Positions 40,279 through 48,961 of a stretch of 64,000 nt of DNA are shown here, piece after piece. This DNA is from an uncultured Ignavibacteria bacterium. Lineage in GTDB: Bacteria; Bacteroidota; Ignavibacteria; UBA10030; UBA6906. The DNA lies in contig CAVPBI010000001.1 in the NCBI GenBank assembly GCA_963701735.1, positions 7,729 through 71,728 on the forward strand, given 5' to 3'. A program made the translations under genes and the position numbers. The notes beneath the pieces were generated by a model, which saw only the letters and a list, made by a program, of their open reading frames with translations, was not told the DNA's origin and searched no databases. The first letter of the stretch is position 1. Every line of letters starts with the position of its first letter.

Positions 40279-43086
40279 ATGAGGAAGCCATTGCCAATGC
40301 TGTGGGCGGCAGCCATCCTCGTCGTTGCGGGCACGGTCTTCATCTCTGCCTTCTTGACGAGCAGGTCAGTGCAGCGCCCAGAGATTCCGGCGATGCCTGC
40401 GCTGTCAGACCAGAAGGACGATCCCGGCGCAGCCGCCCGTTTTGAATGGCTACGACTCAGGAACCCGGCGACCGGCGAAATCCCGCGGGATATCAGAAGA
40501 AAGGAACTTGAGTTCGCTTCTCGTCTCCCGTCTCGCGAGCAGCTGGCAAAGAACGGTCGCGCTGATGGTGCACTGATAGCGAGCTGGTCGCGACGAGGCC
40601 CATTCAACGTTGGCGGGCGCACACGCGCCCTTGGTGTGGATGTCGCGAACGAATCCACCATCCTTGCAGGCGGCGTGTCCGGCGGCATGTGGCGGTCAAC
40701 CAATAACGGTGGTGCGTGGGTGAAGACCTCCGCCTACCAAGACCTTCATAGTGTGACCTGCCTTGTGCAGGACACACGTGCCGGCAAGCGAAATATCTGG
40801 TACTACGGCACGGGGGAGTACCGCGGCAACTCCGCGCGTGGGACGGGGGCCTTTTTCTACGGTAATGGCATTTACAAATCTACCGACAACGGGCTTAGCT
40901 GGGCCGTCCTGCCATCCACGATTCCAGGCGCCCTGAATACTTTTGACCAGCCTTTTGACTTTGCCTGGAATCTTGCGACTGACCCTTCGAGCGGTCAGGA
41001 TGTGGTGTACGCAGCCGTGGGCGGTGGTATCCAGCGGACCACCGATGGCGGCGCGACATGGAATTACGTTCTCGGCGCATTAACCAATGACAACTCAGCG
41101 TACGCCGACGTCGCCGTCGGCGCCGGAGGAGTTGCGTACGCCGCACTCAGCGATCAGAGAATCAGCGGCACAAGCGGATCGGTGAAGCGCGGTCTCTATC
41201 GATCAACCGATGGTATCACCTGGACAAATATCACACCCTCGGCGTTTCCCACGGCGTATGCACGAATCGTGCTGGCAGTCGCACCTTCTGACCAGGCCAT
41301 CGTCTATTTCCTCGCGGCCGGCGCGAACGGCTCGGAAGGTGTCAACCAGACCAACGGTGTGCAATTCTGGAAATACACCTATATCTCCGGTGACGGCAGT
41401 GGGTCCGGCGGCACATGGGTGAGCAGGGGGGAGAATCTACCAAACGAATCCGGGTTGCCGGGCAACGGAAAATTCGACACCCAGAACAGCTACAACATGC
41501 TCTTGAGAGTCAGACCGAACGACCCGGACTTCGTCGTCGCAGGGGGAACGAATCTGTATGTCTCCAGCGACGGCTTTTCATCCGCCTCGAACTGGCGGCG
41601 TATCGGCGGATATGCAGGTCCGAGCACCTACGAGTGGTATTCAGGACATCACCCGGATCAACACGCGGGCGTGTTTCTGTCCGACAACGTCACATTCGTA
41701 TCGGGGCATGATGAGGGCGTCGCGAGGACGACAGACGTGACACAATCGTTCGTCAACTGGAGCCGGCTCAATTCTGGCTATTTTACCACGCAATTCTACA
41801 CGATTGCCATTGACCATGCCACCAGCGGGAACAACTTCATACTTGGCGGGATGCAGGACAACGGAATCTGGTCCACCTCTTCCTCCTCTGTGACATCGTC
41901 TTGGACACGGCAGGTGACTGGCGATGGTGTGGCCTGCGCGATTGCCGACGGGCGCACGTCGTTTTATGCTTCCGTTCAGAACGGTAAAACATACAGGCTG
42001 ATTCTCAGTTCATCAGGTTCGTTTCAGGACTACACGCGCGTCGACCCAACAGGAGCCTCCGGGTACCTCTTCGTCAACCCACACATTCTGGATCCAACAG
42101 ACAACAATGTCATGTATATGCCGGCCGGCTCCAGCCTGTGGATGAATTCAAACGTACCGGAGATTCCCCTCAGGTCCGCCTCTCCGTCAACGGCAGAGAG
42201 CACAAAGACGCAGAACTGGACGAATCTGACGGCGGCTGGTGTGAGCGGCGCGACCATCACGGCTCTTGCCGCTTCTGAAGCGAACCCCTACCACAGCTTA
42301 TACTATGGTACAAGCGACGGGCGGGTCTACCGCCTGGACGGCGCGAATGCGGCGACCGCAGCCACGGCGCCGACGGACGTCTGGACCGGGAAGGGATTTC
42401 CCGCCGGGGCGTTTGTGAGCGGACTGGCGGTCGATCCGACCGAAGGCAACCAGGCGTTGATCGTCTTCTCGAACTACGGCATTGAGAGCGTGTTCTTCAC
42501 AACGGATGGGGGGGACACGTGGTCCGATGTGGAGGGGAACCTCGCGGGCGATACAGGTCCGTCCTGCCGCACAGGCCGGATTGTTCCCGTTGGCGGCACC
42601 ACCACCTACTTTCTCGGGACAAGCACCGGACTGTACTCGACGACCGCACTCGATGGCGCCTCGACAGTCTGGGAGCAGGAGGGTGCTTCCACGATCGGCA
42701 ACGTCGTCGTGAATGCCCTGGACGCCCGATCGGTGGATGGGAAGGTCGTCGTCGGGACGCACGGGGCCGGAGCATTCAGCGGTGTACTCTCAACAACCGG
42801 CGTTGAATCCGATGGGTTCCCCGCCCGTACGGCGCTCCTTCAGAACTATCCCAACCCCTTCAACCCCTCAACCACGATCCGCTATACACTCCCGGAGCGC
42901 TCGGCGGTTGAGCTCACGATCCACAACACAGTAGGTGAGCGTGTGCGTGACCTCGTACGCGCTGAGGTTGAAGCCGGATACCACGAAGCAACGTTCGACG
43001 CTACCGGCCTATCAAGCGGGGTGTATTTCTGCATGCTCAAAGCTGACAATACGGTGTTGACCCGGAAGATGCTCTGCATCCGCTAG
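40279..43086 (+). CDS. T9SS cargo with BNR/Asp-box beta-propeller repeats (VPS10/sortilin-like)
   Basis: GPFNVGGRTRAL; repeated STNNGGAW/STDNGLSW/TTDGGATW Asp-boxes; HPDQH, GGMQDNG; CTD. Confidence 0.85.
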   Translation: MRKPLPMLWAAAILVVAGTVFISAFLTSRSVQRPEIPAMPALSDQKDDPGAAARFEWLRLRNPATGEIPRDIRRKELEFASRLPSREQLAKNGRADGALIASWSRRGPFNVGGRTRALGVDVANESTILAGGVSGGMWRSTNNGGAWVKTSAYQDLHSVTCLVQDTRAGKRNIWYYGTGEYRGNSARGTGAFFYGNGIYKSTDNGLSWAVLPSTIPGALNTFDQPFDFAWNLATDPSSGQDVVYAAVGGGIQRTTDGGATWNYVLGALTNDNSAYADVAVGAGGVAYAALSDQRISGTSGSVKRGLYRSTDGITWTNITPSAFPTAYARIVLAVAPSDQAIVYFLAAGANGSEGVNQTNGVQFWKYTYISGDGSGSGGTWVSRGENLPNESGLPGNGKFDTQNSYNMLLRVRPNDPDFVVAGGTNLYVSSDGFSSASNWRRIGGYAGPSTYEWYSGHHPDQHAGVFLSDNVTFVSGHDEGVARTTDVTQSFVNWSRLNSGYFTTQFYTIAIDHATSGNNFILGGMQDNGIWSTSSSSVTSSWTRQVTGDGVACAIADGRTSFYASVQNGKTYRLILSSSGSFQDYTRVDPTGASGYLFVNPHILDPTDNNVMYMPAGSSLWMNSNVPEIPLRSASPSTAESTKTQNWTNLTAAGVSGATITALAASEANPYHSLYYGTSDGRVYRLDGANAATAATAPTDVWTGKGFPAGAFVSGLAVDPTEGNQALIVFSNYGIESVFFTTDGGDTWSDVEGNLAGDTGPSCRTGRIVPVGGTTTYFLGTSTGLYSTTALDGASTVWEQEGASTIGNVVVNALDARSVDGKVVVGTHGAGAFSGVLSTTGVESDGFPARTALLQNYPNPFNPSTTIRYTLPERSAVELTIHNTVGERVRDLVRAEVEAGYHEATFDATGLSSGVYFCMLKADNTVLTRKMLCIR

Positions 43087-43112
43087 ACCTCTTGTAGTGC
43101 TCCCACAACCAT

Positions 43113-43140
43113 AAGCCCCGGCTCACCCCGGGGCTTTTTT
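43113..43140 (+). terminator. Rho-independent terminator
   Basis: aagccccgg...ccggggctt with T-run. Confidence 0.85.
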
Positions 43141-43205
43141 CTTGCCAAGACCCATCCCCACGGGGTTCTCCGGTATATGTCCACGAGGCTTCCCTCCGCA
43201 TTTCA

Positions 43206-43234
43206 TTGACTCTCGCCTTGCGCTGCCGTATCAT
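43206..43234 (+). promoter_or_regulatory. sigma70-type promoter for rsgA
   Basis: TTGACT-N17-TATCAT. Confidence 0.6.
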
Positions 43235-43279
43235 TCGGCCGAACCAATTGTCGCTCTCCATTCTGATTGAGTAGGGTAA

Positions 43280-44344
43280 ATGGAACTGTCAGAACTCGGA
43301 TTTGATCTCTGGTTTCAACAGAAGCGAGAAGAGCTGCAGAGACCTGATTGTGGTGTCGCACGAATCACCAGAGTCGACCGGGACAGGTATCTCGTCCGAA
43401 ATGAACTGGGTGAAGTGCAGGCCGAACTGACAGGGAGGATGCTGTTCAGCGCCGAGTCGAGTCAAGACCTGCCGTGCGTGGGTGATTGGGTCCTGGTGCA
43501 GTACCACAATGACGGTGCCTTCGCCATCATTCACGATCTGCTCTCGAGGAAGACGTTCCTTCGCCGGAAGTCTGCTGGCAAGGACGTTGACTTTCAGATG
43601 ATTGCGTCAAATATCGATCACGGGCTCATTGTCCAGTCCTGCGGCGACCGTTTGAATCTGCGCAGTATAGAGCGGTACCTTGTCATGGTCATTGAAGGCC
43701 ACATCGAGCCGGTCATTCTGCTCAGCAAGAGCGACCTCATCGATGCAGAAGATCTGGAGACGCGCGTTTCAGAGATCAGGCTGGCGCATAGCAGTGCCAG
43801 AGTCATCCCGTTTACCAGCATGGCCCCGGGCGGACTGGACGTGCTGCAACAGTTCCTGAAGCGGGGAAAGACGTGCTGCTTGCTGGGGCCGTCCGGTGTA
43901 GGCAAGACAACGCTTGTCAATCGTCTTCTCGGACAGGAGGTATTTGAAACACATCCTGTGCGTGAGAAGGACGGCAGGGGAAGACATACGACTGTGCGGC
44001 GGCAATTGATCATCCTTGGAAGCGGAGCGCTCCTTGTCGATACGCCCGGCTTGAGGGAGCTGGGTATGATTGGTGTCGGCGAGAGTATTGAAGAAAGCTT
44101 TGCTGACATTCACGGACTTTCAGAGGGTTGTCGCTTCAACGATTGCACGCATACCACGGAAGTTGGCTGCGCAGTATTGCAGGCGGTCGAGAACGGGGAG
44201 GTGAGCGGGCAGCGGTACCAGAGCTACATCAAACTGAAAAAGGAATCCGACTTTCATCAATTGTCGTACATCGAAAGGCGCAAGAAGGACAGGCGGTTCG
44301 GCCGAATGATCAAGACCGCGATGAAACAGATGAGAAAGAAATAG
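43280..44344 (+). CDS. rsgA: Ribosome small subunit-dependent GTPase A
   Basis: VGDWV OB fold; circularly permuted SKSD, GPSGVGKTT, GRHTT, DTPG; CRFNDCTHTTEVGC zinc finger. Confidence 0.95.
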   Translation: MELSELGFDLWFQQKREELQRPDCGVARITRVDRDRYLVRNELGEVQAELTGRMLFSAESSQDLPCVGDWVLVQYHNDGAFAIIHDLLSRKTFLRRKSAGKDVDFQMIASNIDHGLIVQSCGDRLNLRSIERYLVMVIEGHIEPVILLSKSDLIDAEDLETRVSEIRLAHSSARVIPFTSMAPGGLDVLQQFLKRGKTCCLLGPSGVGKTTLVNRLLGQEVFETHPVREKDGRGRHTTVRRQLIILGSGALLVDTPGLRELGMIGVGESIEESFADIHGLSEGCRFNDCTHTTEVGCAVLQAVENGEVSGQRYQSYIKLKKESDFHQLSYIERRKKDRRFGRMIKTAMKQMRKK

Positions 44345-44645
44345 CCTCCCTCATTCCGAACCCTCCCCGGTGCCCGCAACAGCAAGTGACGGCTCTGCAA
44401 GGCCGGTCAGCGATGTCTGGGCCTTTTCTCGGCCTTGCAGGCGCCTGAAACCCACGGTTTTCCTTCTAATCTCCCTCACGCCGGGTTGCTTTTCTGTGCG
44501 TTCTGCGGGACATTGAATCACCTGCCCGTGAGAAGCCCCTCCTTCCGGTCTTCATGGTCAGAGGGCAACTCCGCCTTGTGCCTCCTGTTGCCGCGCTAGC
44601 GTGACGAATGTAACGAAGAATATCGAGCGACAAGAATTGTCCGCG

Positions 44646-47579
44646 ATGAATGCTTTCCGAAATCCACTGTTTTTCCTCATCGTCATCTTCCTCTGCCATT
44701 CCCTGACCGCCCATGCCGAAGCGTCGGTCACAGTGAGCGGAACGATCAGGGACGCGAAGTCGGGAGAACCGCTCCCCGGGGCCAACATCGTGTTCGTCGG
44801 GACCGGGCTCGGCGCATCGGCCGACGGGAACGGTCGGTACACCATTCGCGGGATTCCCGCCGGCGAATACACGGTGAAGGTCAGTTTTGTCGGCTGCCAG
44901 ACCCACGAATCGAAGCTCACCATCGACGAGCCAGCCGCCGGCCCCATGGTCAAGGATTACCGGCTTCTTCCGGTCACCATCGAGGAGGAGACGATTATCG
45001 TCAGCGGACAGGCCAGCGGGCAAAACGCCGCGATCAGCCAACAGCTCGCGGCCTTGCCCGTCATGAACGTCGTTTCTGCAGCGAAGATCGTGGAACTCCC
45101 CGATATGACCGCGGCTGATGCCGTCGGCCGCCTCCCGGGTGTTGCCCTGATCAGGGTGGGCGGCGAGGGAACCCAGGTCATCATCCGCGGCATGGCGCCG
45201 CAGTACAACCAGGTGACCATCGAGGGGGTCGAGCTTCCGACCGACATTCCGTCGAGCAACAACATCACCAGCGTTGACGCGGCGTCAGGGACCCTTGCCC
45301 GTCTCGGCGACCGGGCGGTAGACCTGAGCATGATCTCGTCCAGCATGCTCGGCGGCATCGAAGTCGTCAAGGCGATCACGCCCGACATGGACGCGACGCT
45401 GATCGGCGGGACGATCAATTTCACGCTGCGGCGGGCCGCCCGGACCACGCCGATGGCGCCCCGCAACCTGACGTGGGTTCCCTCGGTCGAACTTCGCGCC
45501 GAAGGCGGGTATAACGGTCTGAAGTACACCCGGAATGACTACCGGCTCATCGCTTCGCTCGAGAACAGGTTTTTCGACGAATCGTTCGGGATTTTTCTGC
45601 AGGGCTCGCTCGAGCGACGCAATCTGAGCGACAATACCATGTCGGCGTCGATGACGCTGCTCAACAAGGCTCCCGACTACAGCGGCATCCCGGCGGTCAG
45701 CGGGATCGTGGTCAACGACAACTTCCGGACACGCGAACGGACAGGGGCGACCGTCGTTCTGGATTATCAGCACGGCGGCGGAGAAGTCAATCTTATCAGT
45801 TTCTATAACTCCGGACTGACCAGCACGGCGAACAGGAACATCACCGTTCCCGTGTCCAGCGGGTCAGCCGTCTTTGGTGCCGGTTATGACGAGAATTCAA
45901 TCAACGTGTTGAGCAATCTGGTCACGCTCAAACAGGATCTTCCCTGGTTCCACGTCGATGTCAAGCTTTCCCAGGGCCTCTCGGAGAACCTGTCTCCCCG
46001 GGCCTTGAACTTCTCTTTTCAGCAGCGGCGGGCACTGGCGCGTCCGGGCGACTACCTGTACGTCGATCCGAAGATCACGATGCGCGCCCTCGCTCTGGAT
46101 CCAGCGAGGGCTGGATACTCCGGACTTTCCACAACGGGGACCGTCACGCGGGAGAGGATCCTGGCAGGTTACATCGACCTCCAGCGCGAATTCTCGATCA
46201 CGACTGGGATGACCGGGTTCATCAAAATCGGCGGCATGATCCAGCGACGCGAACACAGGTACGAGTACATGACAGGGTCGGGGTCGGGAGACGTCCAGGC
46301 GCTGCTCAGGGCCCTTGCTTCGATGGGAGTCGTATCAGGGAACGTCTCCGCGAAGACCGTGTACGATCCTTCATACTCCGTGGGGGCATTTTTCGACGGC
46401 GCGTATCCTGCGCCGTACGCCATCGACGTTGATCTGCTCACGACCCTCACACCGGCAGGGGGGAGCGGGATCTCCCAGAATCCGCTGGCGTCGAAACTCA
46501 ACAACTATGACGGATTTGAAACGAAAAGCGCGGGATACACAATGGCGAGCCTGTCGCTTGGCGACAACCTCTCGATCGTGCCGGGAGTGCGATATCAAAA
46601 CCTGACCACCCATTACACCGGTTTCCGCGGGATGGAGGTGACGCGGGGGGTACAGGGCAAAGATACCACGGTCAGCGTGCCGCACGGGCTCTGGCTGCCG
46701 ATGGTTCATGTGCGGTACCAACCGACGGAGTGGCTCCAGCTGCGCGCGGCATATACGAACACCCTGGTGTATTCGGACTACAGCACCCTGTCACCCAGGT
46801 ATATGATCTCAACGACCGGAGCGATCGCGTACAACAATTTTGCGATCAAACCGGCGACGTCGGAGAATGTCGACCTGGTCGCGGCGCTTCACAGCGACGA
46901 GATCGGCCTTTTGTCGTTCAATGGCTTCCGCAAGAGGATCAGCGGGCTGGTGTTCTTCTCGACTCGTTTTCTGAGCGACCTCAAGGAGTTTCCGGACCTT
47001 CCCCAAAGCCCGGGCCCGCTCTATCAGCTCAGCACATATGTCAATAGCACAATCCCGGTCGATCTCTACGGATTCGAAACCGAATGGCAGACCAACTTCT
47101 GGTACCTTCCCGGTGTGCTCTCAGGCCTCCTCCTGAACGTGAACTACACGCACATCTTTTCTGAAGCGAAGTATCCGAAGGCGATCATGCAGTGGCAGTA
47201 TGAAGACGACGGCACCGCCACGCGCGTGGTGGCGGATACGTTTTACACAGCGCGTCTCCTCAACCAGCCGAACGACATCCTGAATCTGATCCTGGGGTAC
47301 GACTACGGGGGGTTCTCGGCGCGCATCTCGTTCCTCTTCCAGGACAATATCTTCCGCAATCCCGATTGGTGGCCCCAGCTCAGGACGATGTCGGGCCGGT
47401 ATGGCCGCTGGGACCTCTCGGTCAAGCAGGAGCTTCCCTGGGCTGGACTCCAGGTCTATGCGAACGTCAACAACCTCAACACCGAGGATGACGTGACGAA
47501 CAACACGCGCCGATCGTTTCCGGTCGCGATCGACCAGTATGGTCTGTCGGCGATGCTCGGCGTGCGCGTGCGGCTGTGA
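44646..47579 (+). CDS. TonB-dependent receptor
   Basis: N-terminal carboxypeptidase-regulatory-like domain; plug (RLPGVAL, IIRG, IEVVKAITPDMD); beta-barrel ending LGVRVRL. Confidence 0.92.
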   Translation: MNAFRNPLFFLIVIFLCHSLTAHAEASVTVSGTIRDAKSGEPLPGANIVFVGTGLGASADGNGRYTIRGIPAGEYTVKVSFVGCQTHESKLTIDEPAAGPMVKDYRLLPVTIEEETIIVSGQASGQNAAISQQLAALPVMNVVSAAKIVELPDMTAADAVGRLPGVALIRVGGEGTQVIIRGMAPQYNQVTIEGVELPTDIPSSNNITSVDAASGTLARLGDRAVDLSMISSSMLGGIEVVKAITPDMDATLIGGTINFTLRRAARTTPMAPRNLTWVPSVELRAEGGYNGLKYTRNDYRLIASLENRFFDESFGIFLQGSLERRNLSDNTMSASMTLLNKAPDYSGIPAVSGIVVNDNFRTRERTGATVVLDYQHGGGEVNLISFYNSGLTSTANRNITVPVSSGSAVFGAGYDENSINVLSNLVTLKQDLPWFHVDVKLSQGLSENLSPRALNFSFQQRRALARPGDYLYVDPKITMRALALDPARAGYSGLSTTGTVTRERILAGYIDLQREFSITTGMTGFIKIGGMIQRREHRYEYMTGSGSGDVQALLRALASMGVVSGNVSAKTVYDPSYSVGAFFDGAYPAPYAIDVDLLTTLTPAGGSGISQNPLASKLNNYDGFETKSAGYTMASLSLGDNLSIVPGVRYQNLTTHYTGFRGMEVTRGVQGKDTTVSVPHGLWLPMVHVRYQPTEWLQLRAAYTNTLVYSDYSTLSPRYMISTTGAIAYNNFAIKPATSENVDLVAALHSDEIGLLSFNGFRKRISGLVFFSTRFLSDLKEFPDLPQSPGPLYQLSTYVNSTIPVDLYGFETEWQTNFWYLPGVLSGLLLNVNYTHIFSEAKYPKAIMQWQYEDDGTATRVVADTFYTARLLNQPNDILNLILGYDYGGFSARISFLFQDNIFRNPDWWPQLRTMSGRYGRWDLSVKQELPWAGLQVYANVNNLNTEDDVTNNTRRSFPVAIDQYGLSAMLGVRVRL

Positions 47580-47661
47580 ATGATTGGCGCAAGGACACTG
47601 TGAAGATGAAGCGCGTCGTGTCATTGCCTGCGACCATCCTATGAGGATTGATCAGTGTAGC

Positions 47662-47798
47662 ATGCGGGGGAAAAGGTCGTTTCTCACTACAGGATCATCT
47701 CAAAACTCGGCGAAGGCAGCATAGCCGTCGTCTGCAAAGCCGAGGACACTCGATTCACGCGCACCGTCGCGCTCACATGCCGCGCCGGGGGGACATAA
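47662..47798 (+). pseudogene. Decayed N-terminal fragment of a Hanks-type Ser/Thr kinase
   Basis: Frame from 47676 reads VVSHYRIISKLGEGSIAVVCKAEDTRFTRTVALTC (compare [26 protein letters not shown].VALK); out of frame with ATG 47662; stops at 47798. Confidence 0.8.
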
Positions 47799-48418
47799 TG
47801 CTACGAGAGATCTGGGAACCTGACCTTTCAGTAGTGTTCGTAGGAACTGCGGTCGAAGAGCTCTCGGACACTCTTGGCTTCTACCACCTCCACCCCAGAA
47901 ATCGCTTCTGGGAACTCCTTGAGATTGGTGGTATCACTCCCACACGAATCATCACCCCTTCGGAGCGCAAAGCCCTCGCGGATGGTCACGCACGAGGAAG
48001 CCTGAGTGAACCGGTGCGTTCGATGTTCATTCAGAAGAAGACTTCTCAGTTGCTGCGACTTGGCATAGGTCTCACTGATCTGAACCGGCGCGTCATTGCC
48101 ATCGACGACAAAGACAAGGCTGCCAGACCTGGAGAAGAGGACATTCAACAATTCATCGCCAGGGTGCCGGTGCTGAATTCCAAGGTGCTGGCATTCGTGA
48201 CCAAACCCGATCTCTTTGTGGAATTGTTCACAAGTCGCCATCCCGGTGTCACTGCCACCCTCGGCTTCCAGTCATTCAGGATAGGCAATTCCGAAGTATG
48301 GCTTCTCGGTTCACCGGGCGGTCTGCTTCGCGGGGAGGCGCTCACCAGACAGGAAGATGCATTCTTTGCGCTGGGGGAACGGATCGTGGCGCTCAAGGAA
48401 GAGACTGCGAAAGGGTGA
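47798..48418 (+). CDS. MUG/TDG (uracil-DNA glycosylase family 2)-like protein with degenerate active site
   Basis: L..I..P.L.VVFVG, HPRNRFW.LL, GIGLTDL motifs; GTAVE in place of GINPG. Confidence 0.7.
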   Translation: MLREIWEPDLSVVFVGTAVEELSDTLGFYHLHPRNRFWELLEIGGITPTRIITPSERKALADGHARGSLSEPVRSMFIQKKTSQLLRLGIGLTDLNRRVIAIDDKDKAARPGEEDIQQFIARVPVLNSKVLAFVTKPDLFVELFTSRHPGVTATLGFQSFRIGNSEVWLLGSPGGLLRGEALTRQEDAFFALGERIVALKEETAKG

Positions 48419-48707
48419 ACCGCTCCTGTTTGCAGGCGTGTTACTGTGCCGCCATAACGGTAATCAGTGCATATGTCAGTCCAATATGCCGGTCTTGTCG
48501 CAAGTGACGAGGATCTGAGCCGTTTTGCAGAGACTTTCTCACAATGGGAACATCAACGTTACGGACTTCTTCCGAATTCCGGCTGGAGTTTCGTACCGGT
48601 GGGTGACGGGCGCGAATTCCCCCGCAGCAAGCGACGGTGACCTCTCGGGAGTAACTGGAATCCTGCTCCTCCGGTTCGGGTCGTTCTGACCTGCGAAAGT
48701 CACATAC

Positions 48708-48777
48708 ATAGAATTGGATCTGTTATAGAATTGGATCAGTCCGCGCCCTTGACAGTCTCGTGGGTCTGGCCTACCTT
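48708..48777 (+). promoter_or_regulatory. 13-bp direct repeat followed by a sigma70 promoter
   Basis: ATAGAATTGGATC at 48708-48720 and 48725-48737; TTGACA(48749)-N17-TACCTT. Confidence 0.6.
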
Positions 48778-48961
48778 TCCTGTACGTTCTTTCAAAAGAA
48801 GCCGGAGTTTCTCGTCATGGGAGATTCCGGCTTTTCCTTCATCGAGCCGCCACTGTCGGACCCTGGTCCAGTGCCTCCGTTGTAGGGCCCCCCTGACGAC
48901 CCGCCAGGCGCCACGCCATGTCAGCATGCTGCCGTACCGAGCCCGTACAAAGGAGGACAAG

